A stretch of 64,000 nt of DNA from Treponemataceae bacterium (GTDB lineage Bacteria; Spirochaetota; Spirochaetia; Treponematales; Rectinemataceae), in assembly GCA_963678065.2 (NCBI GenBank), contig CAXXVZ010000004.1:735414-799413 (forward strand). The letters are read 5' to 3'. The translations under genes were made by a program, and so were the position numbers. Every line of letters begins with the position of its first letter. The stretch's first letter is position 1. Positions 20,450-29,845 of the stretch are shown here, in pieces. The notes under the pieces are model-generated. The model worked only from the letters and a program-made list of their open reading frames with translations, was not told the origin of the DNA and ran no database searches.

Positions 20450-20454
20450 GACGT

Positions 20455-23400
20455 TCAGACACTCCTGCCCTCGGAGGGCGCGCGGGATGGAAGCGAAACG
20501 GAGACCTTCGTTCCGCCTCCCGGGTTGCTGTCGATCCGGAATTCCCCCCCGCAGTAGCGGACCCGCTCGCGCATGCCGAGGATTCCGATGGACGCGGGGA
20601 TGCCGGTCGTGCCGGCCGCCATTCCTACGCCGTTGTCCGAAACATCGAGCCCGAGGGAGCCCTCCGAGTGCGAGAATCTGACCTCGACCTTGTCCGCGTC
20701 GGCATGCCGGGCGATATTCGTCAGTATCTCCTGAAAAACCCGGAAAAGTGTAGTGGAGATGGCTGGGTCGATTCCTTCGGGCGAGGGGCCGATGTCGGCG
20801 ACACAGTCTATGCCTGTCCGGTGCCGGAATTCCTCGAGCTGCCACGTAAGCGCCTCCGAAAGCGAGAGCGTGTCGAGGGCCTTGGGCCTGAGCCGCGTGG
20901 AGATGCGCTTGACCGACTCCATCGCCTCGTCGACAAGTCTCAGACTCTCGCCGAGCCTGTCCTCGCGGCTCGCCTCTTCGGGATGGCGTTTGAGCCAGTG
21001 CAGGTCCATCTTGACCGCGGTCAGGAGCTGTCCGAGTTCATCGTGGACATCGCGGGCTGCGGCGGCTCTCTCCTCCTCGCGGGCGTCCTGGATGTGCATG
21101 GACAGGTCGCCCATCTCCCGCGCGCGCCGTTCGAGGGATGTCGTGCGGATCTTCACTCCCGCGAAGACTCCGAGGGCGACGAGGCCAGCCAACAAACCCA
21201 TGAACCAGGGTTGGCGCCAGAGCGGCGGTATGACCTTGATCCGGAGTGAGGCGCCTTCACTGTTCCACACGCCTCCCGAATCGGCGCCCCTGATCCTGAG
21301 CGTATGCTCGCCCGGCCCCAGCCCGGTGAGAACGGCGCGGCTGGAGGACCCGAGATCGTTCCATACCCCGTGAGAGCCTTTGAGGCTGAAGGCATAGCGG
21401 TTGTGGGCGGGGTCGGTGTAGTCGAGGACGGCAAAATCGACGACGAGGGCGGAGTCGTCCGGCCACATGGTGACGAGACCTTCGGCCAGGGCCGCGCGGA
21501 GGGAGCGCGCGCGCTTCGAACTTGCCGCCGGATCGAGACTCCGTCCGCCGATGACCTCGATGTCCGCTATCACGACGGGCGGAGGCGGGTAGTCGTGCAC
21601 GAGATCGCCCGGCCTCACGACATCGAGACCCTCGGAGCCGCCAAGGAAAAAATAGCCGTCGGAGCTGCAGAGCCAGGAATTTTGGGAAAATCTTCTCTGA
21701 AAACCATTGGCCTCACCCCATTTATACAGATTCATATGGTCAGGATCGTATCGCGTCAGCCCTGAGCCCGTGATGATCCAGAGCCGCTTCAGACTGTCTT
21801 CGAGTATGCCGACGATGTCGTTCCCGGCCAGGCCGTCCTCAGCGCGCAAGTGCTCGAAATGGATGGAACCTTCTTTCTCGATGAGTCTGTCGAGGCCTCC
21901 ACCGCCCGTTCCGACCCAGATCTGGCCAGACGCGTCCTCATAGAGGCAGGTGACAGAGGAATCGGCCAAGGCCGAGGGGTCGCCAGGGGAACGCCGGATG
22001 GGCTTCATGCTCCCCTTTTTTCTGTCGAACAGGGAAAGTCCGCCGTCCCATGTTCCGACCCAGAATCTTCCCCTGGAATCCTCGAGGAGGGCTCGCACGG
22101 AGTAGCCCTGCAGGGATTCGGGATCGCCCGGCTTGGCCGTGTAGTGGACGAAGGAGTCGCGGGCGGCATCGTAGCGGTCCAGTCCCGCGCCCTCCATGCC
22201 TATCCACAGAACTCCGCCGGTATCGACGAGGAGGGACCAGACGACAGAGCCGCCCAGCGAGGAGGGATCATTCCTGTCGGGACTATAGTTCCGGAAAATT
22301 CCTGTAGCTGGGTCGAGGCGCCCGAGTCCGCTTCCATCCGTCCCGACCCATATCCCTCCCGCTCTGTCCTCGACGAGGGAGACGACCCTGTCTCCCGGGA
22401 GGCTCCCGGGATCGGAGGCGGAATGCCGAAAAGTGCGGAGCTTTCCCGTCCTGCGGTCGAAGCGGACGAGGCCAGCCCCGTCTGAAGCAAGCCAGATCGC
22501 CCCGGACCTGTCCTCGTAGATCTGGCGGAGTTCGGCGCCCGCGCCGCCTGGCAGGAGGCTCGAGGGATAGTGGAGGATAGCCAAGGACCTGGGATTGTTG
22601 ATGCTGACGCCGCCGCCCCTCGTGCCGACCCAGATGAGGCCTCCCCTGTCGGCGATGATGGAGCGTATGTTGTCGTGGCTGAGGGCGCGGGGATTCTCCG
22701 GATCGGCGCGGACGACCGAAGTTCCCGCCAGTTTCTCCTCGGGAAGCCCCGAACCGCGATCCAGACCGATGGTCACGATTCCCCTGTCCTCTGTTCCGAC
22801 CCAGAGCCTGCCCGATCTGTCTTCCGAGATGGCCCTGACCGTGACTGGATCCATCCTTGCGGGAAGCTCCACCTTGACGGGAAGCGAATCCGCGCCCTCG
22901 AGTCGGAACAGGCCCCTGTTCTCGGTCCCGATCCAGATCCGCCCTTTCGCGTCCTCGAATATCGCGCGTACCGTGGCAGAGCCGAGGCCCCCTGCGCTGA
23001 TCATGGCGAAGGCATCGGCGGCGGGATCGTAGAGAGCCAGGCCGCCGGCCGTACCGATCCAGAGCCTGCCCCGCGAATCGGAGAGAAGGGTGCGCACTAC
23101 ATCATCCGGCAGAGAGCGAGGATCAGAAGAATGCCGGTAGTGGCGGAAAGTCCGTGAAACCTTGTCCAGACGGTCGAGCCCGGCGCCGCCGAGGCCGGCC
23201 CATATTGTCCCGGACCTGTCGTCCACGACAGCAAACACGCGGTCTCCTGCAAGCGATCCGGAATCGGCGGGGTTGTTGCGGAAATGCTCGAAAGAATCGG
23301 TGGACTCACGGTAGCGGTCGAGACCACCGCCGTCCGTCGCGATCCAGATGTCGCCGGCTGTGTCCTGGTGGAGGTCAAAAACAAGGGAGGCGGAGAGGCT

Positions 23401-23688
23401 GCCCTGGTCCCCGGGAACGGGCCTGTAAGATACAACCTTGCTGCCGTCATAGCGGTCGAGCCCGGAAAAAGTGCCGAGCCACATGAAGCCGCGCTTGTCC
23501 TGAAGCATGCAGAACACCGAATCGCTCGACAGTCCCTCGTCAGTGCCGAGCCTGCGGAAGACAGGGGCCTGCCCCGTACCGCGCAGGCCCACGAGCGGCG
23601 CATTCCCGGAAGATTGTGCCCCGACCCCGAGACAGGCCGCAATCACCATCAGGGCGAGAATGAGAACGAGTGCACGAGGTCCCGGCAT
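20455..23688 (-). CDS. Sensor histidine kinase with beta-propeller (Reg_prop) repeats, Y_Y_Y domain and HisKA_3 kinase
   Basis: Repeated D..G.IW.GT.GGGL units; PPLWRQPWF before TM; ARDVHDELGQ; FQEILTN, DNGVG, GILGMRER. Confidence 0.92.
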   Translation of the reverse strand: MPGPRALVLILALMVIAACLGVGAQSSGNAPLVGLRGTGQAPVFRRLGTDEGLSSDSVFCMLQDKRGFMWLGTFSGLDRYDGSKVVSYRPVPGDQGSLSASLVFDLHQDTAGDIWIATDGGGLDRYRESTDSFEHFRNNPADSGSLAGDRVFAVVDDRSGTIWAGLGGAGLDRLDKVSRTFRHYRHSSDPRSLPDDVVRTLLSDSRGRLWIGTAGGLALYDPAADAFAMISAGGLGSATVRAIFEDAKGRIWIGTENRGLFRLEGADSLPVKVELPARMDPVTVRAISEDRSGRLWVGTEDRGIVTIGLDRGSGLPEEKLAGTSVVRADPENPRALSHDNIRSIIADRGGLIWVGTRGGGVSINNPRSLAILHYPSSLLPGGAGAELRQIYEDRSGAIWLASDGAGLVRFDRRTGKLRTFRHSASDPGSLPGDRVVSLVEDRAGGIWVGTDGSGLGRLDPATGIFRNYSPDRNDPSSLGGSVVWSLLVDTGGVLWIGMEGAGLDRYDAARDSFVHYTAKPGDPESLQGYSVRALLEDSRGRFWVGTWDGGLSLFDRKKGSMKPIRRSPGDPSALADSSVTCLYEDASGQIWVGTGGGGLDRLIEKEGSIHFEHLRAEDGLAGNDIVGILEDSLKRLWIITGSGLTRYDPDHMNLYKWGEANGFQRRFSQNSWLCSSDGYFFLGGSEGLDVVRPGDLVHDYPPPPVVIADIEVIGGRSLDPAASSKRARSLRAALAEGLVTMWPDDSALVVDFAVLDYTDPAHNRYAFSLKGSHGVWNDLGSSSRAVLTGLGPGEHTLRIRGADSGGVWNSEGASLRIKVIPPLWRQPWFMGLLAGLVALGVFAGVKIRTTSLERRAREMGDLSMHIQDAREEERAAAARDVHDELGQLLTAVKMDLHWLKRHPEEASREDRLGESLRLVDEAMESVKRISTRLRPKALDTLSLSEALTWQLEEFRHRTGIDCVADIGPSPEGIDPAISTTLFRVFQEILTNIARHADADKVEVRFSHSEGSLGLDVSDNGVGMAAGTTGIPASIGILGMRERVRYCGGEFRIDSNPGGGTKVSVSLPSRAPSEGRSV

Positions 23689-23694
23689 GGTTTT

Positions 23695-23723
23695 ACTCTA
23701 CGGGCCCGGACCGTCGGCGTCAA
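23695..23723 (-). promoter_or_regulatory. Sigma70-like promoter, leaderless configuration
   Basis: TTGACG-17 bp-TAGAGT-6 nt-ATG(23688); no SD. Confidence 0.7.
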
Positions 23724-23814
23724 CCGACCTGTCCTTCGGCTAGATTTCTGCATGGGGCAACACGCCGACAGCCTTGAGTTCCGGACGAGGACTCCGAACG
23801 CTGTAGCCTGAGAT

Positions 23815-25371
23815 CTACCCGATGTACTTTCCGGAATCGGTATAGTTCCTGGCGACATTTTCAATCATCTGCACCGCCTCTTCTTTTCTGTCCTCCGTTC
23901 CCGCCAATACCTCCCACCTCGCCAACCCTTCTTCGCTCTGGGATATTCTTTGGGAAACCTGAGTCCATTCCCTGCGAACCTCTGTCGATGCTTCGATCAC
24001 GGATGGCAATCCTTCGCGCATGATAGTCGCCTCAAGGTCAGTGCCATCGGCCATATTCTTCACCGCTCTTCCGCCCCGTTTCAGGAACTCATCCTCTATT
24101 TCTTTCATGGCAAGAATTCTTTTGCCATTGTCGGGGAATTTGTACCCCCACTCTCTTTCCCTGAAGGTCGAGTCTTGCAGTTCGCGCATGAATTCGTACT
24201 TTTCCGGATGATCGAACCAGGCCTTTGCGGTCAACAGTCCGAAGAAAAGTGTGTTCTCGGTGGCGATGAAGCCCTTCCTGTAACCGCCCGCGGTCGCGGG
24301 AAAATTCAGGTAATAGTGCGCCGACTCTTCCACCGCGCCCAGGAATTGCCTGTCGAGGTTGTTCCTCAAGGCCTGTTTGATCTGGGAATGGCCATTTCTG
24401 ATCATATGGACGCCAAAGCCGTTTTTTGCCAATTCGACGACCGCAAGCGGATTCGCTTTGAGATCAGCGTAGAATTGCGGGGCATAGGAATCTCCGAAGG
24501 TATTTTCGAATAGTTTCCGTATGCGCGGCGCGATGATGGCGATATTGAACGCGGGGCTCAGCTGCTTTCCGCCGGAATCCAGCAAATCCATCCTGTCCCC
24601 GTCGCCGTCAAAGCAGATGCCGAACAGGAATTCTTTTTTCGACAATCTGTCCAGAGTCGGCTGTATGGATTCTTTGATAACAGGGTTTGGTTCTCCTGAA
24701 GGGAACGTTCCGTCGGGGACCATGTTCCGCGCATCGACACGTGCGCCGGCGATATCGAAGGCTTGAAGAAATTCGAAACCGGCTGTACCTGACAAGAAAT
24801 CCATAATTATCTTCAGCCCGGCCAGTTCCCCCTTTTTCACTCCCGCCAGCTCCATCGAATAGTCGACGTATTTCTCCACATAATTGATGGGCCTCAGGTG
24901 TCCGGCCGCACCTTTTGGCATCCTTGAATCCTCGCTGTATATCTCTTTTATCCTTTGAAGCCCACCTTGCGGGCCGCAGCCCATCGCGACGGGCTGCAGA
25001 TCAGGGCCTATGATCTTAAGTCCTATATCCCTCCCCGGATTGTGCGAGGCGCTGTACATGATTCCCGCCGCGTCGCGATGCTGCATGCAGGAAAAGTAGA
25101 ACATGCAGGTCGAGCTCGCCATCGGATATACAAGTACTTCGAAACCCAGACTCCTGAACACCTCGATTCCCTGCTCCAGATACCGCGCGCCCGATATCCG
25201 CGCATCTTTGCACAGGACGACTTTCCCCGTGTTCAGAACATGTCGGAAATAGTGCGCTATCGCATGGGCGAGTCTTTCCGACAGATCGAGGGTCAATCTG
25301 TCGGAAGGAGTCCTGATGTCATAGGCCTTGAACATGCTCAGATTCAGACCGTCTCCGTTCTCGCGCAACAT
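23815..25371 (-). CDS. Phosphomannomutase/phosphoglucomutase-family phosphohexomutase (divergent)
   Basis: FKAYDIR, SASHNP (phospho-Ser), FDGDGDR (metal site), EESAHYY. Confidence 0.88.
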   Translation of the reverse strand: MLRENGDGLNLSMFKAYDIRTPSDRLTLDLSERLAHAIAHYFRHVLNTGKVVLCKDARISGARYLEQGIEVFRSLGFEVLVYPMASSTCMFYFSCMQHRDAAGIMYSASHNPGRDIGLKIIGPDLQPVAMGCGPQGGLQRIKEIYSEDSRMPKGAAGHLRPINYVEKYVDYSMELAGVKKGELAGLKIIMDFLSGTAGFEFLQAFDIAGARVDARNMVPDGTFPSGEPNPVIKESIQPTLDRLSKKEFLFGICFDGDGDRMDLLDSGGKQLSPAFNIAIIAPRIRKLFENTFGDSYAPQFYADLKANPLAVVELAKNGFGVHMIRNGHSQIKQALRNNLDRQFLGAVEESAHYYLNFPATAGGYRKGFIATENTLFFGLLTAKAWFDHPEKYEFMRELQDSTFREREWGYKFPDNGKRILAMKEIEDEFLKRGGRAVKNMADGTDLEATIMREGLPSVIEASTEVRREWTQVSQRISQSEEGLARWEVLAGTEDRKEEAVQMIENVARNYTDSGKYIG

Positions 25372-25404
25372 TGTGGCCTCCAGTCAGCCTGCAGCATCCA
25401 TCGA

Positions 25405-26277
25405 TCAACGACAGCCTTTCGACTTCAGATACTGGTTCAATTCCTGTGGCCAATCGGTCTGAATGATGTCTATTCCCCTGTCGACGAGCCAGCCCCAGCC
25501 TTTTTCGGGGCCTTCGATCAAGGATTGGTTGTCATCATGCCATGCGCAGAGGGTAAATCGGTCGCTCAAGGTCAATGCATTTGCCCAAACGAGGATACCT
25601 CTGCCATGCAGCTCTTTGATGAACTCTTCCTGAATGACCGCGTCCGACTCCTGATGAATGAAAATTTCCACGATCGGAACATTGACCCGGGAAGGAAACT
25701 TCCTGAAATGCTCTATGTACTGGTCATCGGTTATCATCGGAATGATTGTCGCTTTGTAATCATGTTGCTCAAGCCACTTCATTCCCTGCTCCATATGCGC
25801 GGGCGCCTTTATCAGAATTTGTTCTTCCATGCCATGAAGCCGCACTCTATCGTACACTTCATCCAGGTATTCCCAACATCGATCCAGGTTGATCAGGCAA
25901 CGACCTTTCACATGTTTCAGGAATTCGTCCAATGTATTGATGGTGAAGGTCGAAGACTCACCTATCGCGTTCTTGAGCCTGAGATTTCTGATACTTTCGA
26001 ATTCGATGTCAGCGATTCTGGCGGGCAAACTAGTAAGCCGCCCGAGGGTATCGTCGTGGAACATGACGAACGTGCCGTCGGCGGTGCGCGCAACGTCGGC
26101 TTCCAGGATATCGGCCCCACCTTTCAGGGCAAGATCGAATGCTTCTAAAGTATTTTCCACGATGCCAGCGCCGAATTTGCCTCTATGTGAGACGATCATT
26201 TTGCGAGAGCCCAGTTTTTGGATACCGATATCGGAAATGCGCCTGATGGGTTCGCTCACTTTTTTTTGTATGTTCAT
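25405..26277 (-). CDS. Glycerophosphodiester phosphodiesterase family protein (no signal peptide)
   Basis: SHRG, ENTL, ILEADV, FHDDTL, IIQTDWP; start after SD GGAGG. Confidence 0.9.
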   Translation of the reverse strand: MNIQKKVSEPIRRISDIGIQKLGSRKMIVSHRGKFGAGIVENTLEAFDLALKGGADILEADVARTADGTFVMFHDDTLGRLTSLPARIADIEFESIRNLRLKNAIGESSTFTINTLDEFLKHVKGRCLINLDRCWEYLDEVYDRVRLHGMEEQILIKAPAHMEQGMKWLEQHDYKATIIPMITDDQYIEHFRKFPSRVNVPIVEIFIHQESDAVIQEEFIKELHGRGILVWANALTLSDRFTLCAWHDDNQSLIEGPEKGWGWLVDRGIDIIQTDWPQELNQYLKSKGCR

Positions 26278-26309
26278 AGGCTTCTCCTCCAAAATATTCG
26301 GTTGCAGAC

Positions 26310-27173
26310 TCAGCCTTTTACTGCTCCACCGGTGAGACCAGAGACCATGTATTTCTGCAAAAAAACGAAGATGAACACGACGGGCAGCACAAGAAGGGTG
26401 CCATAGGTCATCACCATGTTCCAGCTGAGTCCATATTCATTGATGAAATTGAACATTCCGGCAGTGGCTGGCCACAGGCTGAAATCGGATATAAACGTCA
26501 TGGAGTAGATCAGGTTATTCCAACCGAAAACAAAGCTGAAAGCAGCCGATATGATGATGCCCGGGTATGATATAGGGACGATTATTCGCCAAAAGGTCGA
26601 AACGGGCGTGCATCCATCCATCAACGCAGCGTCTTCGATCTCGACCGGCAAAGAGAGAAAGTATGTCCTCAATGTCAGTACCGTGAACGGTATCGCGACC
26701 GAGGAGCAGGCCAATATGGGGGACAACATCGTATTGATCAGTTTTGCCTGATTGAACATCAGGTATAACGGCGTGAGAGTGAGCGTCGGGGGGAGCATCT
26801 GACTGACGAGAAAAACGAGCAGGAAGCCTTTTTTCCCCTTCAATCCATATCGCGCAAAGCTGTAGGCTGTCGGCACGGATAGCAGCAACGAAATCATCAT
26901 TGACGACAATGCCACGATGAAGCTGTTTACAAACGATCTGAACACATGATAGTTCCCGGAAAAAATGGAAATGTAATTCCCGACCGTGGGCTTCGCGGGG
27001 AACAACCGCGAAGTGTACTTGAATATTTCCGCTTCGGTTTTAATCGATGCCATGAACATCCAGAGCAAGGGAAACAGGAAGACAGCCGTCACAGCAAGAG
27101 CAAAAACATTGTATGCCCATTCTTTCCGGAATATCCGTTTCCGCCCGTATTTAGTCCCAGCAAACGAGCTCAT
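26310..27173 (-). CDS. Carbohydrate ABC transporter permease (MalG-like)
   Basis: EIEDAALMDG EAA loop; GLTGGAVKG end. Confidence 0.92.
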   Translation of the reverse strand: MSSFAGTKYGRKRIFRKEWAYNVFALAVTAVFLFPLLWMFMASIKTEAEIFKYTSRLFPAKPTVGNYISIFSGNYHVFRSFVNSFIVALSSMMISLLLSVPTAYSFARYGLKGKKGFLLVFLVSQMLPPTLTLTPLYLMFNQAKLINTMLSPILACSSVAIPFTVLTLRTYFLSLPVEIEDAALMDGCTPVSTFWRIIVPISYPGIIISAAFSFVFGWNNLIYSMTFISDFSLWPATAGMFNFINEYGLSWNMVMTYGTLLVLPVVFIFVFLQKYMVSGLTGGAVKG

Positions 27174-28075
27174 GACATCACTTCCTCGTCCGACTTCAGG
27201 GAGTTGAGATAGAGCAGCGATACAACCAACAGAATGGCAAAGAGAATATTCGCGCTGGCGGCTCCTTTGCTGAAATTGCCGCTGGCGAAAGAATAGCGGT
27301 ACGACAAGGTGGACAAGACTTCAGTCTCGTTGACCGGACCACCGCCCGTAGCTATGAATACGAGATCGAAAACCTTGAACGTGTAGATAAACCCGAGAGT
27401 AATAACCGACATTATCGCTGGCTTGATCATCGGGACGGTGATATACAGGAATTTCTGAATACCGCTGGCGCCATCGATATTCGCGCTCTCGTAGAGACTG
27501 GGGGGCACCGTGCTCAAACCGGTCGCCAGGAGGATCATGTTGAACGGAACTCCCACCCAGGTATTCGCAGCGATCAGCACCCACATGGCCGTGCTTTTTT
27601 CAACAAGAAACGGGATGGATTCATGTATCAGTCCCAGTTTCAAAAGAACCTCATTCACTATTCCACCCTGACCGCTGAACATGTATTTGACCAACAGACC
27701 GATGACAGTCGAGGGCAACAGCCAGGCGACAAGCATGATGCCTCTCAGATAACGGGCAAACGAAAACTGGCGCGCAAACAGGACAGCGAAGGCGAATCCG
27801 ATGGTGAATTGAAAAAGTATCGAAAATATAGTGTATGTGAATGTATGTTTTATGCCCATCACGAACACGCTGTCTTTGCCCACGTCGAACAGCGCGGCGT
27901 ATTGCTTCAATCCCACAAAGGCTTTCGTATTTGTGTTGAAACTGGACATGGTAATATTTTGCAGGCTCAATACAAGATTGTAGATGATGGGAAATCCGCA
28001 AAAAATCAGCATGAATACAAGCGCGGGCAACAGGAGAATAAATCCAGTAAGTTTCTTTCTCCGCACGCTAGTCAT
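27170..28075 (-). CDS. Carbohydrate ABC transporter permease (MalF-like)
   Basis: LYESANIDGA, FKVFD, TGGGP. Confidence 0.92.
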   Translation of the reverse strand: MTSVRRKKLTGFILLLPALVFMLIFCGFPIIYNLVLSLQNITMSSFNTNTKAFVGLKQYAALFDVGKDSVFVMGIKHTFTYTIFSILFQFTIGFAFAVLFARQFSFARYLRGIMLVAWLLPSTVIGLLVKYMFSGQGGIVNEVLLKLGLIHESIPFLVEKSTAMWVLIAANTWVGVPFNMILLATGLSTVPPSLYESANIDGASGIQKFLYITVPMIKPAIMSVITLGFIYTFKVFDLVFIATGGGPVNETEVLSTLSYRYSFASGNFSKGAASANILFAILLVVSLLYLNSLKSDEEVMS

Positions 28076-28185
28076 ATATGTGCACCTCGCATTGTTGGGG
28101 GCATGGGCCTGTCAAAAAAAGGGCTTTGAACAGGAAGAAACCTTGCCGTGTTATCCCGCGTATTCGATCACAACACGGTAAAAGC

Positions 28186-28226
28186 GCGGGTTGCCCAAAA
28201 AGCGACCGGCCACGTGGGCAACCCGC
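28186..28226 (-). terminator. Hairpin downstream of the SBP gene
   Basis: gcgggttgccca...tgggcaacccgc, 12-bp stem flanked by A/T tracts. Confidence 0.6.
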
Positions 28227-28264
28227 TGTTTTATTCTACATATTCGGCCTGACGACTTTTTGGG

Positions 28265-29467
28265 TTATTTCCAGTAATCGGCATTCTTGAGCTGCGCATC
28301 CTTCAGCGCCTGTTCCGGACTCTTCGCGCCCAACAAAGCTTCCTGGATGGCGACCTGTATATTGATTGAGACATCGGGCCAAAAAGGATTGACGCGCGCT
28401 ACCGCATCAGGCATCTGGTTGACGAATACGTTCAAGGGGTATTGCTTGTATTCTTCGCTCAGCTCGGCGTCTTTCCTGGTGGGAATGCATGTGACTCCCA
28501 AAGCATATTCCGCTTCGGCCTTCTTTCCGCCCAGGAATTTCAGGAACTCGAAAGCCTCGTCGACATGCTTGCAATCGTTGGAGATCCCCACATTATAGCC
28601 GCCCAATACGGATACGGAAGTCTTGTCGGTCGGGATGGGCACAACTCCCCATTTCATGTCCGGAACATCATTTTTGAGGCTCCACACCGCCCAGGAACCC
28701 TGGATGACCATCGCAGCCTTCCCGCCTTCGAAAGCCTTGAGCAGATCCCCATGAGCGTAATTTGCCACTTCCTTGCTCATGTACTTGTCTTTGACCAGAT
28801 CCGTAAGGAATGTCAGCGCCTTTATGGCTTCCGGACTGTCGAGTTTTTCATATGAGCCTCCGGCGGAATACAGCCAGGGGATATACTGGAAGGTACCGAC
28901 TTCGCTTTTCACGGCGGCAATGGCCATGCCGTATACGCCGTTTCCGGTCAACCTGGCGGCGGCGCTCCGGACCTCCTCCCATGTTCGCGGAGGTTTTACG
29001 CCCGCCTTGGCGAGCAATTCCTGGTTGTAGAGAAGAGCCAGATTGTTGCTGTACCAGGGAATACCGAAAATCTTGTTCTTGTATTTCACGCTGCTGAGCG
29101 GACCAGGCTGGAACTGGCTCACTTCTCCCCACTTTGCCATTCGGTCAGTGATATCCGCCAAGTAGCCATCGGCTGCAAAAGACGAAAAGTCCGGATTATC
29201 AAAGACGAGAAGGTCAGGCATCGTATTTGACAACATGGCGATGCGCATCTGCTTTTTCAATTCCGAGTTGACCACGTACGAGGCGCTTATTTTGATATTC
29301 GGATGCGAATCCTGGAATTCCTTTATTAACTTGATGAATGCCGGCTTGTCGTTCCCTTCACAGTGAACGAATTTCAATGTAACCACTTCCGATGTCTTTG
29401 GCGCAGCTGCCAAGGATCCAACAGCGATAAAGACGCCGAGCAATACCGAAAGAACCTTCTTAGCCAT
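28265..29467 (-). CDS. Sugar ABC transporter substrate-binding protein (family 1)
   Basis: Signal peptide; LLYNQELL, PRTWEE, QGSW; SD AAGGAGG. Confidence 0.92.
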   Translation of the reverse strand: MAKKVLSVLLGVFIAVGSLAAAPKTSEVVTLKFVHCEGNDKPAFIKLIKEFQDSHPNIKISASYVVNSELKKQMRIAMLSNTMPDLLVFDNPDFSSFAADGYLADITDRMAKWGEVSQFQPGPLSSVKYKNKIFGIPWYSNNLALLYNQELLAKAGVKPPRTWEEVRSAAARLTGNGVYGMAIAAVKSEVGTFQYIPWLYSAGGSYEKLDSPEAIKALTFLTDLVKDKYMSKEVANYAHGDLLKAFEGGKAAMVIQGSWAVWSLKNDVPDMKWGVVPIPTDKTSVSVLGGYNVGISNDCKHVDEAFEFLKFLGGKKAEAEYALGVTCIPTRKDAELSEEYKQYPLNVFVNQMPDAVARVNPFWPDVSINIQVAIQEALLGAKSPEQALKDAQLKNADYWK

Positions 29468-29571
29468 GTCCTTCCTCCTTAATGAAGCGAATTCAAGATC
29501 CCCATCCCCCATCAGATTCATTTCGACCGCTGGAGCCTAATCTCGCACTCCATCACCGTCGCAACACTCGT

Positions 29572-29600
29572 ACTGTACAATTGAATTTGGAACGTGTCAA
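29572..29600 (-). promoter_or_regulatory. Sigma70 promoter of the SBP-permease-GDPD-PMM operon, with overlapping LacI-type operator
   Basis: TTGACA-17 bp-TACAGT; pseudo-palindrome TTGGAACGTGTCAA (29587-29600) covers the -35. Confidence 0.75.
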
Positions 29601-29696
29601 TACAAATAAAATTGTTTGCAGACAAAGAGAACAAAGCCACTACACCATTTGAAGACTTTTCATGAAGATGGATTCAGCCTAATCACCGCGAATCAT

Positions 29697-29727
29697 GCAA
29701 ACCATGGTCATTTTGGCCATGGTTTGC
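29697..29727. repeat. 14-bp inverted repeat (hairpin)
   Basis: gcaaaccatggtca-ttt-tggccatggtttgc, 13/14 paired. Confidence 0.65.
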
Positions 29728-29822
29728 CAAGAAGGTGTCATGAACGACAACAAATCGCACATCCCGCCACTGCTGCGAGGCATGAAACCCGTCTGCCAAT
29801 CAAAATATAGAAATTGAACAAA

Positions 29823-29836
29823 TTGGTACGTACAAA
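29823..29836. promoter_or_regulatory. Second candidate LacI-type operator
   Basis: TTGGTACGTACAAA followed by TACAAA, mirroring the 29587 site and its flank. Confidence 0.55.
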
Positions 29837-29845
29837 TACAAAGAA

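Noticed and set aside
21600..23560. Repetitive DNA resembling an array
   Set aside because: These are degenerate beta-propeller coding repeats, not CRISPR or mobile repeats
29616..29810. Small ORFs in intergenic gaps (64 aa here; 50405-50725)
   Set aside because: No SD or motif; they overlap regulatory palindromes and promoters
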